From a virus (lineage: Duplodnaviria > Caudoviricetes), in IMG/VR virus record IMGVR_UViG_3300027798_000194, positions 1 to 26,079 of that record: 26,079 bases of DNA. One strand, written 5' to 3'. Each line of letters starts with the position of its first letter. The stretch's first letter is position 1. Shown in pieces: positions 1-7,090 of this stretch. A program made the translations under genes and the position numbers. The notes beneath the pieces are model-generated. The model did not search any database, was not told the DNA's origin, and was given only the letters and a program-made list of their open reading frames with translations.

Positions 1-77
1 GGCGATTGCGTTACCGTTTTCAATTGGCTGGCACTGATAGCCGGATCAGCGTGGTAATCGGCGTTGCTAATGGTCAT
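1..77 (-). CDS. 5' part of a probable RecE/exonuclease VIII-like PD-(D/E)XK nuclease (DUF3799-like); runs off the window
   Basis: Manual translation from ATG at 77: MTISNADYHADPAISASQLKTVTQS; the 'N.DYH...AIS.S.LK' start is typical of this family; ATGA overlap with the stop of 74..343. Confidence 0.55.
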   Translation of the reverse strand, partial: MTISNADYHADPAISASQLKTVTQS

Positions 78-343
78 TGCGGTAATGCCTCCAAGGCGCG
101 TCGAATCAGGATGTGTTGATCGGTGTTTAAGACCGTCATTTGCTGTGGAAAATCGGGACCACCAGCGGTAGCTAAAATTGCTAACGCCTGCTCCGTTAGC
201 GTCGGCGTCGGCTCAGGCTCAGACAGGGCGGCGCGGGCGCGTTGGCATAATAGCCAATGAGGAGAAATTACCCAATGCGCGTACCACTCATTTTCCAACG
301 CGCTTAGTAGCTCAGCACACAATGCGCGGTAAGGATCAGTCAT
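74..343 (-). CDS. Hypothetical phage protein, 89 aa
   Basis: ORF coupled by ATGA overlaps at both ends (340-343 and 74-77). Confidence 0.65.
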   Translation of the reverse strand: MTDPYRALCAELLSALENEWYAHWVISPHWLLCQRARAALSEPEPTPTLTEQALAILATAGGPDFPQQMTVLNTDQHILIRRALEALPQ

Positions 344-453
344 TGCTTGAGCTGGCAGATAGATGTGGGTTGTTGTAGCTGTAGTTCGCGGCCAGTCTGA
401 ATGCCGATGGCGTACATGCTGAAGCCAACGACTAGCGCAATAAGGATTTTCAT
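340..453 (-). CDS. Small membrane/secreted protein, 37 aa (not in ORF track)
   Basis: MKILIALVVGFSMYAIGIQTGRELQLQQPTSICQLKQ; hydrophobic N-terminus; ATGA overlaps with both neighbours. Confidence 0.55.
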   Translation of the reverse strand: MKILIALVVGFSMYAIGIQTGRELQLQQPTSICQLKQ

Positions 454-626
454 GCCAGCACCATCCTTACGCGATAGCGGCTGATTTGCATGTGATCTGC
501 GATGCGTTGCTGACTCCAGCCGTTACTGCGTAACCGGTTGGCGCGTTCGGGAATGGATTCGGTGGCCCAGAGAATTATTAAAAGTGGTAATAGCAAAACT
601 GCTATCAAGATTGCAAGAGTAGTCAT
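450..626 (-). CDS. Small protein with N-terminal transmembrane helix and C-terminal HTH, 58 aa (not in ORF track)
   Basis: MTTLAILIAVLLLPLLIILWATESIPERANRLRSNGWSQQRIADHMQISRYRVRMVLA; GWSQQRIADHMQISRYRVR fits an HTH pattern; ATGA overlap at 450-453. Confidence 0.65.
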   Translation of the reverse strand: MTTLAILIAVLLLPLLIILWATESIPERANRLRSNGWSQQRIADHMQISRYRVRMVLA

Positions 627-647
627 TTGAGTTGGGGTAATTTTGTT

Positions 648-677
648 GCCGGATTGGGTGCGGCTCCGGCGGGCCGC
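648..677 (-). promoter_or_regulatory. Predicted H-type RNA pseudoknot in intergenic region
   Basis: Minus strand GCGGC-CC-GCCGGA-GCCGC-ACCCAA-TCCGGC: S1 5 bp and S2 6 bp, all Watson-Crick, loops 2/0/6 nt. Confidence 0.6.
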
Positions 678-683
678 GTGGGG

Positions 684-857
684 CTAAGCGGCGGACTGAT
701 AAACCCCAATCAATTCAGCAACAGCTTCCCGGCGCTTGCACTGGTTTTGATCACCTTTCCACACAAGGAACTTTGTGGAAGACCATGCAGTGACGCGAAG
801 GCCAAATGGCTTAAGGGCTGCGTCTGCTAATTCGGCGGTTAAAGCGGTGCGGACCAT
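684..857 (-). CDS. Hypothetical early protein, 57 aa (MVRTALTAELADAALKPFG...)
   Basis: 3' part of track ORF 684..1010; ATG at 857 preferred because it lies just downstream of the 900-928 promoter. Confidence 0.6.
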   Translation of the reverse strand: MVRTALTAELADAALKPFGLRVTAWSSTKFLVWKGDQNQCKRREAVAELIGVYQSAA

Positions 858-874
858 GATTCTCGGGTTGGGGT

Positions 875-890
875 GGAAGCTCTCGCCTCC
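875..890 (-). promoter_or_regulatory. 5' leader hairpin with GNRA tetraloop
   Basis: GGAGGC-GAGA-GCTTCC (6-bp stem, one G-U) a few nt after the predicted start site of the 900-928 promoter. Confidence 0.45.
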
Positions 891-899
891 TGTCCCTTT

Positions 900-928
900 A
901 ATATACACAGATGGTCCGCTCCTGTCAA
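900..928 (-). promoter_or_regulatory. Strong sigma70-type early promoter
   Basis: TTGACA (928-923) - 17 bp - TATATT (905-900); the -35 overlaps the VRR-NUC stop codon. Confidence 0.8.
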
Positions 929-1293
929 CACTCCTCAGTTGTAATGCGTAATAAATCCATCGCTTCGCCCACACTTCTTGCGACACCAGCAATACCGCCG
1001 GCTGCTGCAACCGCTTGCAGCCATTGCTGCTGCTCAGGATTTACGCGCCCTCTGGAACTTTTTACCTCGATGCTGGTAAAAATTGCCAAAGTCTGACCCA
1101 CCATCGCAGGTGTAATGGTGACGCTACGCCAACCAATCAGATCGGCGCTGCCTTTACATAATCCGAAAGTCACCGGTCTGCCGTTTATATCCCGCAGCGT
1201 GCCGGTATTATTGCGAAACAATCGGCAGGTGCCAATACTGCACGCAAGCCGAATGTGTTGCTGGATTGTTTGTTCACTTGAGGCTGCGGGCAT
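925..1293 (-). CDS. VRR-NUC domain nuclease (PD-(D/E)XK fold)
   Basis: E..IQ..I, G.ADL, IEVK...GR...EQ..W, GG...VARS motifs; start uncertain (1293 or 1302). Confidence 0.85.
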   Translation of the reverse strand: MPAASSEQTIQQHIRLACSIGTCRLFRNNTGTLRDINGRPVTFGLCKGSADLIGWRSVTITPAMVGQTLAIFTSIEVKSSRGRVNPEQQQWLQAVAAAGGIAGVARSVGEAMDLLRITTEEC

Positions 1294-2824
1294 ACATAAC
1301 ATGTTTCGCCCACGCTACCGGGTTCTTATATCCACGCTGCTGGCCCACACTTATAAGTGCTTCCAGCGACTGCGCAGTGCCTTGCTCGCGGCGCTTGGTA
1401 ACTGATAACTCTGATTTAGCAATGCGTATGTCATCAATTGATACGCTCCATGATTTGCCAGATGAGTCATAGCATCTTGCGCGACCATAGTTTCTTTTCT
1501 CTTCATATAATTTTCCAAAAATCCATCCTTTTATCCATGTTTTGCCATTGCCTTCAAATCTCCTGACTTCAACCGCATCTTGTGGCTTAAACGCCTGCCC
1601 TCTTTGAAGCTCCTTTAGCTCACCTTCCACAACCTTTAGCTCGCGCACCTCAGTGCGGAACTCATGGCCGCATTCACCGCATACCGCCGCCAACGTGGCG
1701 CAGGTGCTAAAGCATTGCGGGCACACTTTGACCGATGGTGATGCTTCCCGATCGCGTTTGGTGGCGCCATCCAGGCTCCATTCGCGTTCCTCTAAATGGT
1801 GCCCAAGCCGCAAGCTGTTGCCGACATGGTCGAGCACCACGGCACGCTTGCCTGGTTGCGGACGCAGGCACCTGCCGATCATCTGAAGATGCAACCCAAC
1901 ACTTGCGGTAGGTCGCAGCAGGATGCAGCCGCCAACACTCGGGACGTCAACACCTTCACCGATAAGTTGGCAACTGCTAAGTATTTTTAGCTTGCCGGTG
2001 CCCAGATCTATTAATAGTTGGCGGCGGCGTGTGCTGTCTGTATTGCCATCAATACTGCTAGCCGCAATACCTGCATCCTGGAACAGCCTTGCGACCGCTT
2101 CGGCATGAGCGACCGAACAACAGAATGCGATCGCGGTTTGACCTGATAGGTGTTGCCGGTAATGCGTCAGGCAGTCGCCCATTGCCTGACCCTGCTGGAG
2201 TAGTTGACCGGCTTGACCCATATCAAAATCACCCATACGCTTACGCAAACCAGCGCTACTGAAGCCCGGCGGTGCCAGCACTCGAGCCGGGGCTAAGAAT
2301 CCGTTATCCGTTAGCCATGCAGCGCTAGGGCCTTGCACCATCGATTGGTAGTGCTCACCTAGGCCGCGACCGTCACCTCTAATAGGTGTAGCCGTAACGC
2401 CTAGCAGTTTGGCAGCTTGGAAATGAGCCAGCGTCTTAGCCCAGGTGCCGGCTGTGGTGTGATGGGCTTCATCGACTACAAGCAATTGAAAGAAATCCCG
2501 TGGCAATAAATGCAAACGTCGTGACAATGTACCGACACTCGCAACCTGCACCGCATGGCTGAGATCCATGCCACGTTTTGCGGCAATAATCCCATGCTGC
2601 ACATCCATGCCGCTAAGGCTCCGGCTGGCTTGATCCAGCAACTCCTGCCTATGCACCAGGATGCAAACGCGGTTCCCCTTACGTGCCGCAGCCTGGGCGA
2701 TGTACGAGAAGCAGACCGTCTTCCCGCCACCTGTCGGCAGTACTGCAAGCACTGAACGCTTGCCTAGCTGGTATTGCAGCCGGATATCGGTGATGAGTTG
2801 GGTCTGGTACGGGCGGAGGTTCAT
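1274..2824 (-). CDS. Superfamily 2 (DEAH) DNA helicase with C-terminal Cys4 zinc ribbon
   Basis: Q motif LRPYQ, Walker A PTGGGKT, DEAH, TAT, EGVDVP, QMIGRCLR, CPQC...CGEC; start at 2824 via ATGA overlap. Confidence 0.93.
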   Translation of the reverse strand: MNLRPYQTQLITDIRLQYQLGKRSVLAVLPTGGGKTVCFSYIAQAAARKGNRVCILVHRQELLDQASRSLSGMDVQHGIIAAKRGMDLSHAVQVASVGTLSRRLHLLPRDFFQLLVVDEAHHTTAGTWAKTLAHFQAAKLLGVTATPIRGDGRGLGEHYQSMVQGPSAAWLTDNGFLAPARVLAPPGFSSAGLRKRMGDFDMGQAGQLLQQGQAMGDCLTHYRQHLSGQTAIAFCCSVAHAEAVARLFQDAGIAASSIDGNTDSTRRRQLLIDLGTGKLKILSSCQLIGEGVDVPSVGGCILLRPTASVGLHLQMIGRCLRPQPGKRAVVLDHVGNSLRLGHHLEEREWSLDGATKRDREASPSVKVCPQCFSTCATLAAVCGECGHEFRTEVRELKVVEGELKELQRGQAFKPQDAVEVRRFEGNGKTWIKGWIFGKLYEEKRNYGRARCYDSSGKSWSVSIDDIRIAKSELSVTKRREQGTAQSLEALISVGQQRGYKNPVAWAKHVMYARSLK

Positions 2825-3861
2825 TGATATTGCGCTCCTTTGCCAGCGTTGCAATCACGGCACAGCACCTGCAAGTTATCTGGATTATTGCTGCCGCCTT
2901 TAGAAACTGGATGGATGTGATCTACTTCAAGCTTGGCACCTTCCTTTGCAGTATCCCCACACATTTGGCACCGGTAATCGTCGCGCTTCAAAATTTCAAA
3001 ACGCAAACTTGGCTTCATTGGCTTGCGTTTTGTTTTAGGCTCAAGCCAATTACGAAGCAAACTTAAGCCATTTGCTTCTTTGTCAACTCCGCTGCTGCAA
3101 TAGTTTGCCATTGGATGCAAAATTGCTTGCAGCGCTTCAATCATGTCGCCAAGTTCTTCTGCCGTAATTCTGCTTTGATAATGAAAAATCCAATCAAGAA
3201 TTTGCGCAGATGTATTGCACTGTTCAAAATCAATGCGGCGCCAATCTTCACGCTTTAGCACAAGCTCATCACCGTCAATAAACCAAGTGTTAAAGTCAGT
3301 TGTCCCTAGCGCAATACTTAATTCAAATGAATTTGCAGGTTGAGCTTTAAAGGGCTTGGATGCGCTATAATACTGTGCCTTTATAATTGCAATATTTTCA
3401 CAATCATCTTCAAATGATTCTGATTCAATAGGATATGGGAAAAACAACGAAGCGTCTTCGCCTGTATTAGAAAAAAACCTTCCTTCAGAAGTAGTTGTTG
3501 AATCAAATATTAAATAATCACAAGCAAAATAAGTAGCACCTAAATGGGTTACTTTATAGCCATACTCTTCCCTGCCAATTGCAAAATATGAACGAGGCCC
3601 TGGGACGCCTACTAACAGCAAAAGTTTTTGATCGGCTTGACATGCAAAATCATTTGCAGCGGCAAGCTCATATTGATATGGCAATGCGCTAAAAACTAAA
3701 GCAGTCATACCTAATGTTGGCAGTTCAAACGTAAACTTTGGGTTGTTATGAAAATAAGTCCATTTAATCCCCAGCTCATCAAAAGCAACAGCCCATTTTG
3801 CTTGAAGCTCGTTATCAAACTTAATTCCGTTGTAAATAGGAATAGGCAATGTTAAAGGCAT
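2821..3861 (-). CDS. Multidomain protein with C-terminal HNH endonuclease
   Basis: RFEILKRDDYRCQMCG...EVDHIHPVSKGG...NLQVLCRDCNAGK; N-terminus resembles a degenerate PD-(D/E)XK domain; visibly AT-richer than the helicase. Confidence 0.85.
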   Translation of the reverse strand: MPLTLPIPIYNGIKFDNELQAKWAVAFDELGIKWTYFHNNPKFTFELPTLGMTALVFSALPYQYELAAANDFACQADQKLLLLVGVPGPRSYFAIGREEYGYKVTHLGATYFACDYLIFDSTTTSEGRFFSNTGEDASLFFPYPIESESFEDDCENIAIIKAQYYSASKPFKAQPANSFELSIALGTTDFNTWFIDGDELVLKREDWRRIDFEQCNTSAQILDWIFHYQSRITAEELGDMIEALQAILHPMANYCSSGVDKEANGLSLLRNWLEPKTKRKPMKPSLRFEILKRDDYRCQMCGDTAKEGAKLEVDHIHPVSKGGSNNPDNLQVLCRDCNAGKGAQYQ

Positions 3862-3877
3862 GGGAAACTGGATAGGG

Positions 3878-3914
3878 CTTGCGCATCGTAACCTAATGGG
3901 TTACTGTTGGCAAG
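3878..3914. promoter_or_regulatory. Overlapping divergent promoters with central palindromic operator
   Basis: Plus: TTGCGC(3879-84)-17-TACTGT(3902-07). Minus: TTGCCA(3913-08)-17-TACGAT(3890-85). GTAACC-N5-GGTTAC at 3888-3904. Confidence 0.7.
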
Positions 3915-3929
3915 TGTTACGCGATCCCA

Positions 3930-4085
3930 ATGCCCCTTTGCCCGCCTTTTAGCTTGCGGCTGACGCTTGAACAAATTCAATGGCTTGATCAACGATCGGG
4001 CGACAAGATGTCCCGTTCAACTGCTTTACGGTTGTTAGTACACGAAGCGATGCGGCAAGAGCGCGCCGTTACTGAAATTAAATGA
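3930..4085 (+). CDS. Ribbon-helix-helix (CopG/Arc-like) DNA-binding protein, 51 aa (not in ORF track)
   Basis: MPLCPPFSLRLTLEQIQWLDQRSGDKMSRSTALRLLVHEAMRQERAVTEIK; FSLRL strand, helix, SRS..LR helix; ATGA overlap with primase start. Confidence 0.75.
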   Translation: MPLCPPFSLRLTLEQIQWLDQRSGDKMSRSTALRLLVHEAMRQERAVTEIK

Positions 4086-6475
4086 AACAAATTGATTTTG
4101 ATGAAGCGCGGCGTTTTATTGCTGCGTTAGGGAAGCCTGCTGGAACCTTACGTTTACGTGCATTCTTTCATGCTGAGAATCCTAAAAAGAAAGGCGATAA
4201 AGGTCGTAAGGGTTCCGTTAGTCGGAAATCAATGCAGGAATGGCAAGACGAAGGCCGTGGTGTTTATGTAGTAATCAACGATGGCGGCGATATCGATGCC
4301 GAAATTACGACCTGCCGCGCTTTCTTTTGCGAATGGGATGATCGGCCTACCGCATGGCAAATCACTGCATGGCAGCAGCTTGGCTTACCTCAGCCAACTA
4401 TGCAGGTATCGACTGGCGGCAAATCAATTCATAACTATTGGGTTTTATCTGATCCTATAACGCCAGCGCATTGGGAACTGCTGCAATCACGGTTGCTTGA
4501 ATACGCTGATGCCGATCGCAGCATCAAAAACTTATCCCGTGTAATGCGGTTACCTGGCACCTACCATGTCGGTGGCGACGGTTCACTAGGCGACAAATGC
4601 CAGCTCGTATCCTGTTCTGGTGATCGTTACAGCATCAGTGACCTTGAATCCTGCCTGCCATCTGAGGAGTTTTACAAACACGAAGCACCAGCAAAGGTTT
4701 ATACTGAGCAGCCAATACGCACAATTCACGAAATCAAAGAGGCATTAGATGCCATCCCGTCGCGTATTCCTGGCACTGGCACCTACCATATTTATCGAAA
4801 TATCTTATGGGGTTTAGTAAAAGCTGTTATTGAAGTTGGTGGTACTGAATCTGATGCTGTTGGCCTTATGCAGCAGCACAGCCCCCAATTCTTAGAAGCT
4901 GCCCAAGTTGCCGACTCAGGCGGTGATCGTATTAATGCAGGTACTTTTTGGTACTGGGCGCGGCATTATGGTTGGCGGCCACCCCTACCAATACGTATAA
5001 TTTCATCATCCGTCACAACTGAAGCAACACCTGACACCTGTCAATTATTCAGTAAAACTGATACTGAATGGCTTGAAACCACAATTAAATTTGTGTTTAA
5101 TATGCCAACTGATAAGTGGATCTGTGTCGATGATATTTTGCATAAGTGGATAGGTACTCATTACGCGCCAATTACCGATAATGAATTAGCGCCCATCGTA
5201 GCTGAATTTTTATCTCAGCTTTATGTTATTGATCCCAAAAACGGTGAGCGTTGCCATCCATGGAAACGGCCACGTTATGTAGATGAAACTTTCGCTTGGG
5301 TGCGGAAACTTTTGACACCTGTTGATATAAACCCAGCCAATGCTATAAATTGCGATAATGGTGTCTTGTCATGGTCTTGGAATGGTCGTATTGTTGATGT
5401 TAAGCTTGAGCCTCATAATTACAACCATTTCTTTACTTACGTAACCGGCTATAACTTTGATGAAAATGCTAACCCGCAACACCTATCACGATTGCTTGAA
5501 GCCGTAGAACCCGGCGATCGCGACACCATGCAACGCATACTCGGTAGCGGTTTAGATCTTGCCAAATATCGCGCTACCCGTGGTAGGCCACGTGCTGTAT
5601 TGATGATTGGTGAAGGCGCTAACGGTAAAGATACAATCCGCACCGCTTTACGCGATACCTTAGGTGCTCGTAATTTTACGTCTTGCACATTAGCTGATTT
5701 CAGGCAATATGACACTGGCCGTAAATTTCCTATCGCGCCAGTTCGTGACTCGTCTGTTAACTGGTCGTCTGAAAATTCACAGTTTGTTAGTATCGACAAC
5801 CTGCAATCATTAAAGGCTGCCATAAGCGGAGAGGAGTTATCTTACGAGCTAAAAGGTGTTCAAGAGTCGCAATTTATACCGTCTGCATTATTTGTTTTTA
5901 ACTTAAATAAAGACCCTTCCTTAACTGGTGAGCAGGTTGCAATTGAGACAAGATTTCATGTATTTAAGTTCCGTAAAACATTTATGGCAACACCATTAGA
6001 ACCCAACCATATACAAGCAGACCCCAAACTAAAGGACGACCCAGAGTTTATCCGTGAGCATATTTGCCCTGCATTTCTTAACTGGTTGCTTGAAGGGTTG
6101 AAATTATCGGTTGAGCATGGCATTGACTATGCAACCGGTCGTGCTGCTATGGAAGATGTAAAACGCGCAGGCTGTCACCTATGGGAATTTTGCGATTCTG
6201 TCGGTTTGCGTTACGAGCCGGAATCCACCGTTTCAGTGTCACGTATCTACAAAATGCTTACCAATTGGTACAAGGATGAAGGCTACCTAGACACCAACGG
6301 GAGGTGGTTGCTTGATGCCCCTGCTGACCGTCCAGTAAAAGCTGCTCGTCTTTTGGTGCCGGCATTGATGCGGATTTTCCCAAAACTTGCGTCCGATCGT
6401 GCCACTTCCAAATCTCGCGATCGTCTCATCATTGGGCTCAAATTAGACGAGTGGGCAGACTTGCGGACGCAATAG
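4082..6475 (+). CDS. Primase-helicase: RepB'-like (AEP) primase, PriCT-2-like domain, D5/P4-type SF3 helicase
   Basis: FFCEWDD, STGGKSIHNYW, SRVMRLPGT primase motifs; INCDNG (D5_N-like); Walker A GEGANGKDT; 797 aa. Confidence 0.9.
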   Translation: MKQIDFDEARRFIAALGKPAGTLRLRAFFHAENPKKKGDKGRKGSVSRKSMQEWQDEGRGVYVVINDGGDIDAEITTCRAFFCEWDDRPTAWQITAWQQLGLPQPTMQVSTGGKSIHNYWVLSDPITPAHWELLQSRLLEYADADRSIKNLSRVMRLPGTYHVGGDGSLGDKCQLVSCSGDRYSISDLESCLPSEEFYKHEAPAKVYTEQPIRTIHEIKEALDAIPSRIPGTGTYHIYRNILWGLVKAVIEVGGTESDAVGLMQQHSPQFLEAAQVADSGGDRINAGTFWYWARHYGWRPPLPIRIISSSVTTEATPDTCQLFSKTDTEWLETTIKFVFNMPTDKWICVDDILHKWIGTHYAPITDNELAPIVAEFLSQLYVIDPKNGERCHPWKRPRYVDETFAWVRKLLTPVDINPANAINCDNGVLSWSWNGRIVDVKLEPHNYNHFFTYVTGYNFDENANPQHLSRLLEAVEPGDRDTMQRILGSGLDLAKYRATRGRPRAVLMIGEGANGKDTIRTALRDTLGARNFTSCTLADFRQYDTGRKFPIAPVRDSSVNWSSENSQFVSIDNLQSLKAAISGEELSYELKGVQESQFIPSALFVFNLNKDPSLTGEQVAIETRFHVFKFRKTFMATPLEPNHIQADPKLKDDPEFIREHICPAFLNWLLEGLKLSVEHGIDYATGRAAMEDVKRAGCHLWEFCDSVGLRYEPESTVSVSRIYKMLTNWYKDEGYLDTNGRWLLDAPADRPVKAARLLVPALMRIFPKLASDRATSKSRDRLIIGLKLDEWADLRTQ

Positions 6476-6741
6476 CGTCCGAATCGGACGCAAGTCGGAC
6501 GCAAAATGCGGACGCAAAAACCTAGTGTTTATCTATCTTTTTACTACTTCGGACGCAAAAGGGTATAAGAAATCATTTATAGAATAAAAAAGGTATTATG
6601 TATCGCAGCGAACATAATAAACATATATAGGGGAATAGGAAAACCCCGTTTTTGCGTCCATCGTTGGTATGACTGGTTTATTTGCGTCCGTGTTGCGTCC
6701 GCTTGCGTCCGAAGCCTGTCTATGACTAAGATTTTGCGTCC
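6464..6741. repeat. Iteron array, putative replication origin
   Basis: GGACGCAA at 6465, 6486, 6497, 6510, 6551; TTGCGTCC at 6652, 6682, 6693, 6703, 6734; AT-rich core 6559-6651; directly after primase-helicase. Confidence 0.8.
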
Positions 6742-6765
6742 ACCCCCATCAACCACCAAAAACGC

Positions 6766-6794
6766 TTGACCGATTGACCACCGCGAACTACCAT
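6766..6794 (+). promoter_or_regulatory. Putative sigma70-type promoter
   Basis: TTGACC (6766-71) - 17 bp - TACCAT (6789-94), 24 nt before ATG 6819. Confidence 0.55.
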
Positions 6795-6818
6795 CACACC
6801 GTTGCCAGCGCCTCCACA

Positions 6819-7046
6819 ATGCCCTCAGTCAAGCAAGCACCAGTGATTGAACGCCTGCACCATTTGATGCAGGAATGCGCTGCTGTGGCTGCTGCTGTAC
6901 GCGATAACGCGCAAGACGATGGCGAGCCGTTAGATCCTGCTGAGCTGATTGATTTGATTGCTGATTACCAAGTCGTCTTAGATTTATTAGATGAAGCCTT
7001 CAACGTGGAACCTGCCCAAAGCAATAACGCGTGCAGTATCGGCTGA
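6819..7046 (+). CDS. Acidic helical hypothetical protein, 75 aa
   Basis: MPSVKQAPVIERLHHLMQEC...; ATG 6819 preferred over the track start at 6774, which lies inside the promoter. Confidence 0.65.
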   Translation: MPSVKQAPVIERLHHLMQECAAVAAAVRDNAQDDGEPLDPAELIDLIADYQVVLDLLDEAFNVEPAQSNNACSIG

Positions 7047-7090
7047 CCGGTTACAATAAATTCAAATAGCTCAACTCTTCAAGTTAAAGA

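Noticed and set aside
648-670. GC-rich stem as rho-independent terminator
   Set aside because: No U-tract downstream on either strand; the loop pairs perfectly with upstream sequence, fitting a pseudoknot
858-1010. N-terminal extension of track ORF 684..1010
   Set aside because: Overlaps VRR-NUC and spans the promoter and leader hairpin; ATG 857 is the better start
1397-1600. Helicase insertion as a mini-intein
   Set aside because: No N-terminal Cys/Ser block or C-terminal His-Asn; too short; not in a conserved motif
2821-3861. HNH gene as part of a group I intron
   Set aside because: No interrupted gene; ORF has its own promoter and is coupled to the helicase, leaving no room for intron core
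2127-5521. HIP1 octamer GCGATCGC (2127, 5514) as proof of cyanobacterial host
   Set aside because: Only two copies noticed by eye in 26 kb; too few to be informative without counting
6464-6741. Repeat cluster as CRISPR array or MITE
   Set aside because: Repeats are only 8-10 bp, irregularly spaced and in both orientations; no cas or transposase; context fits an origin
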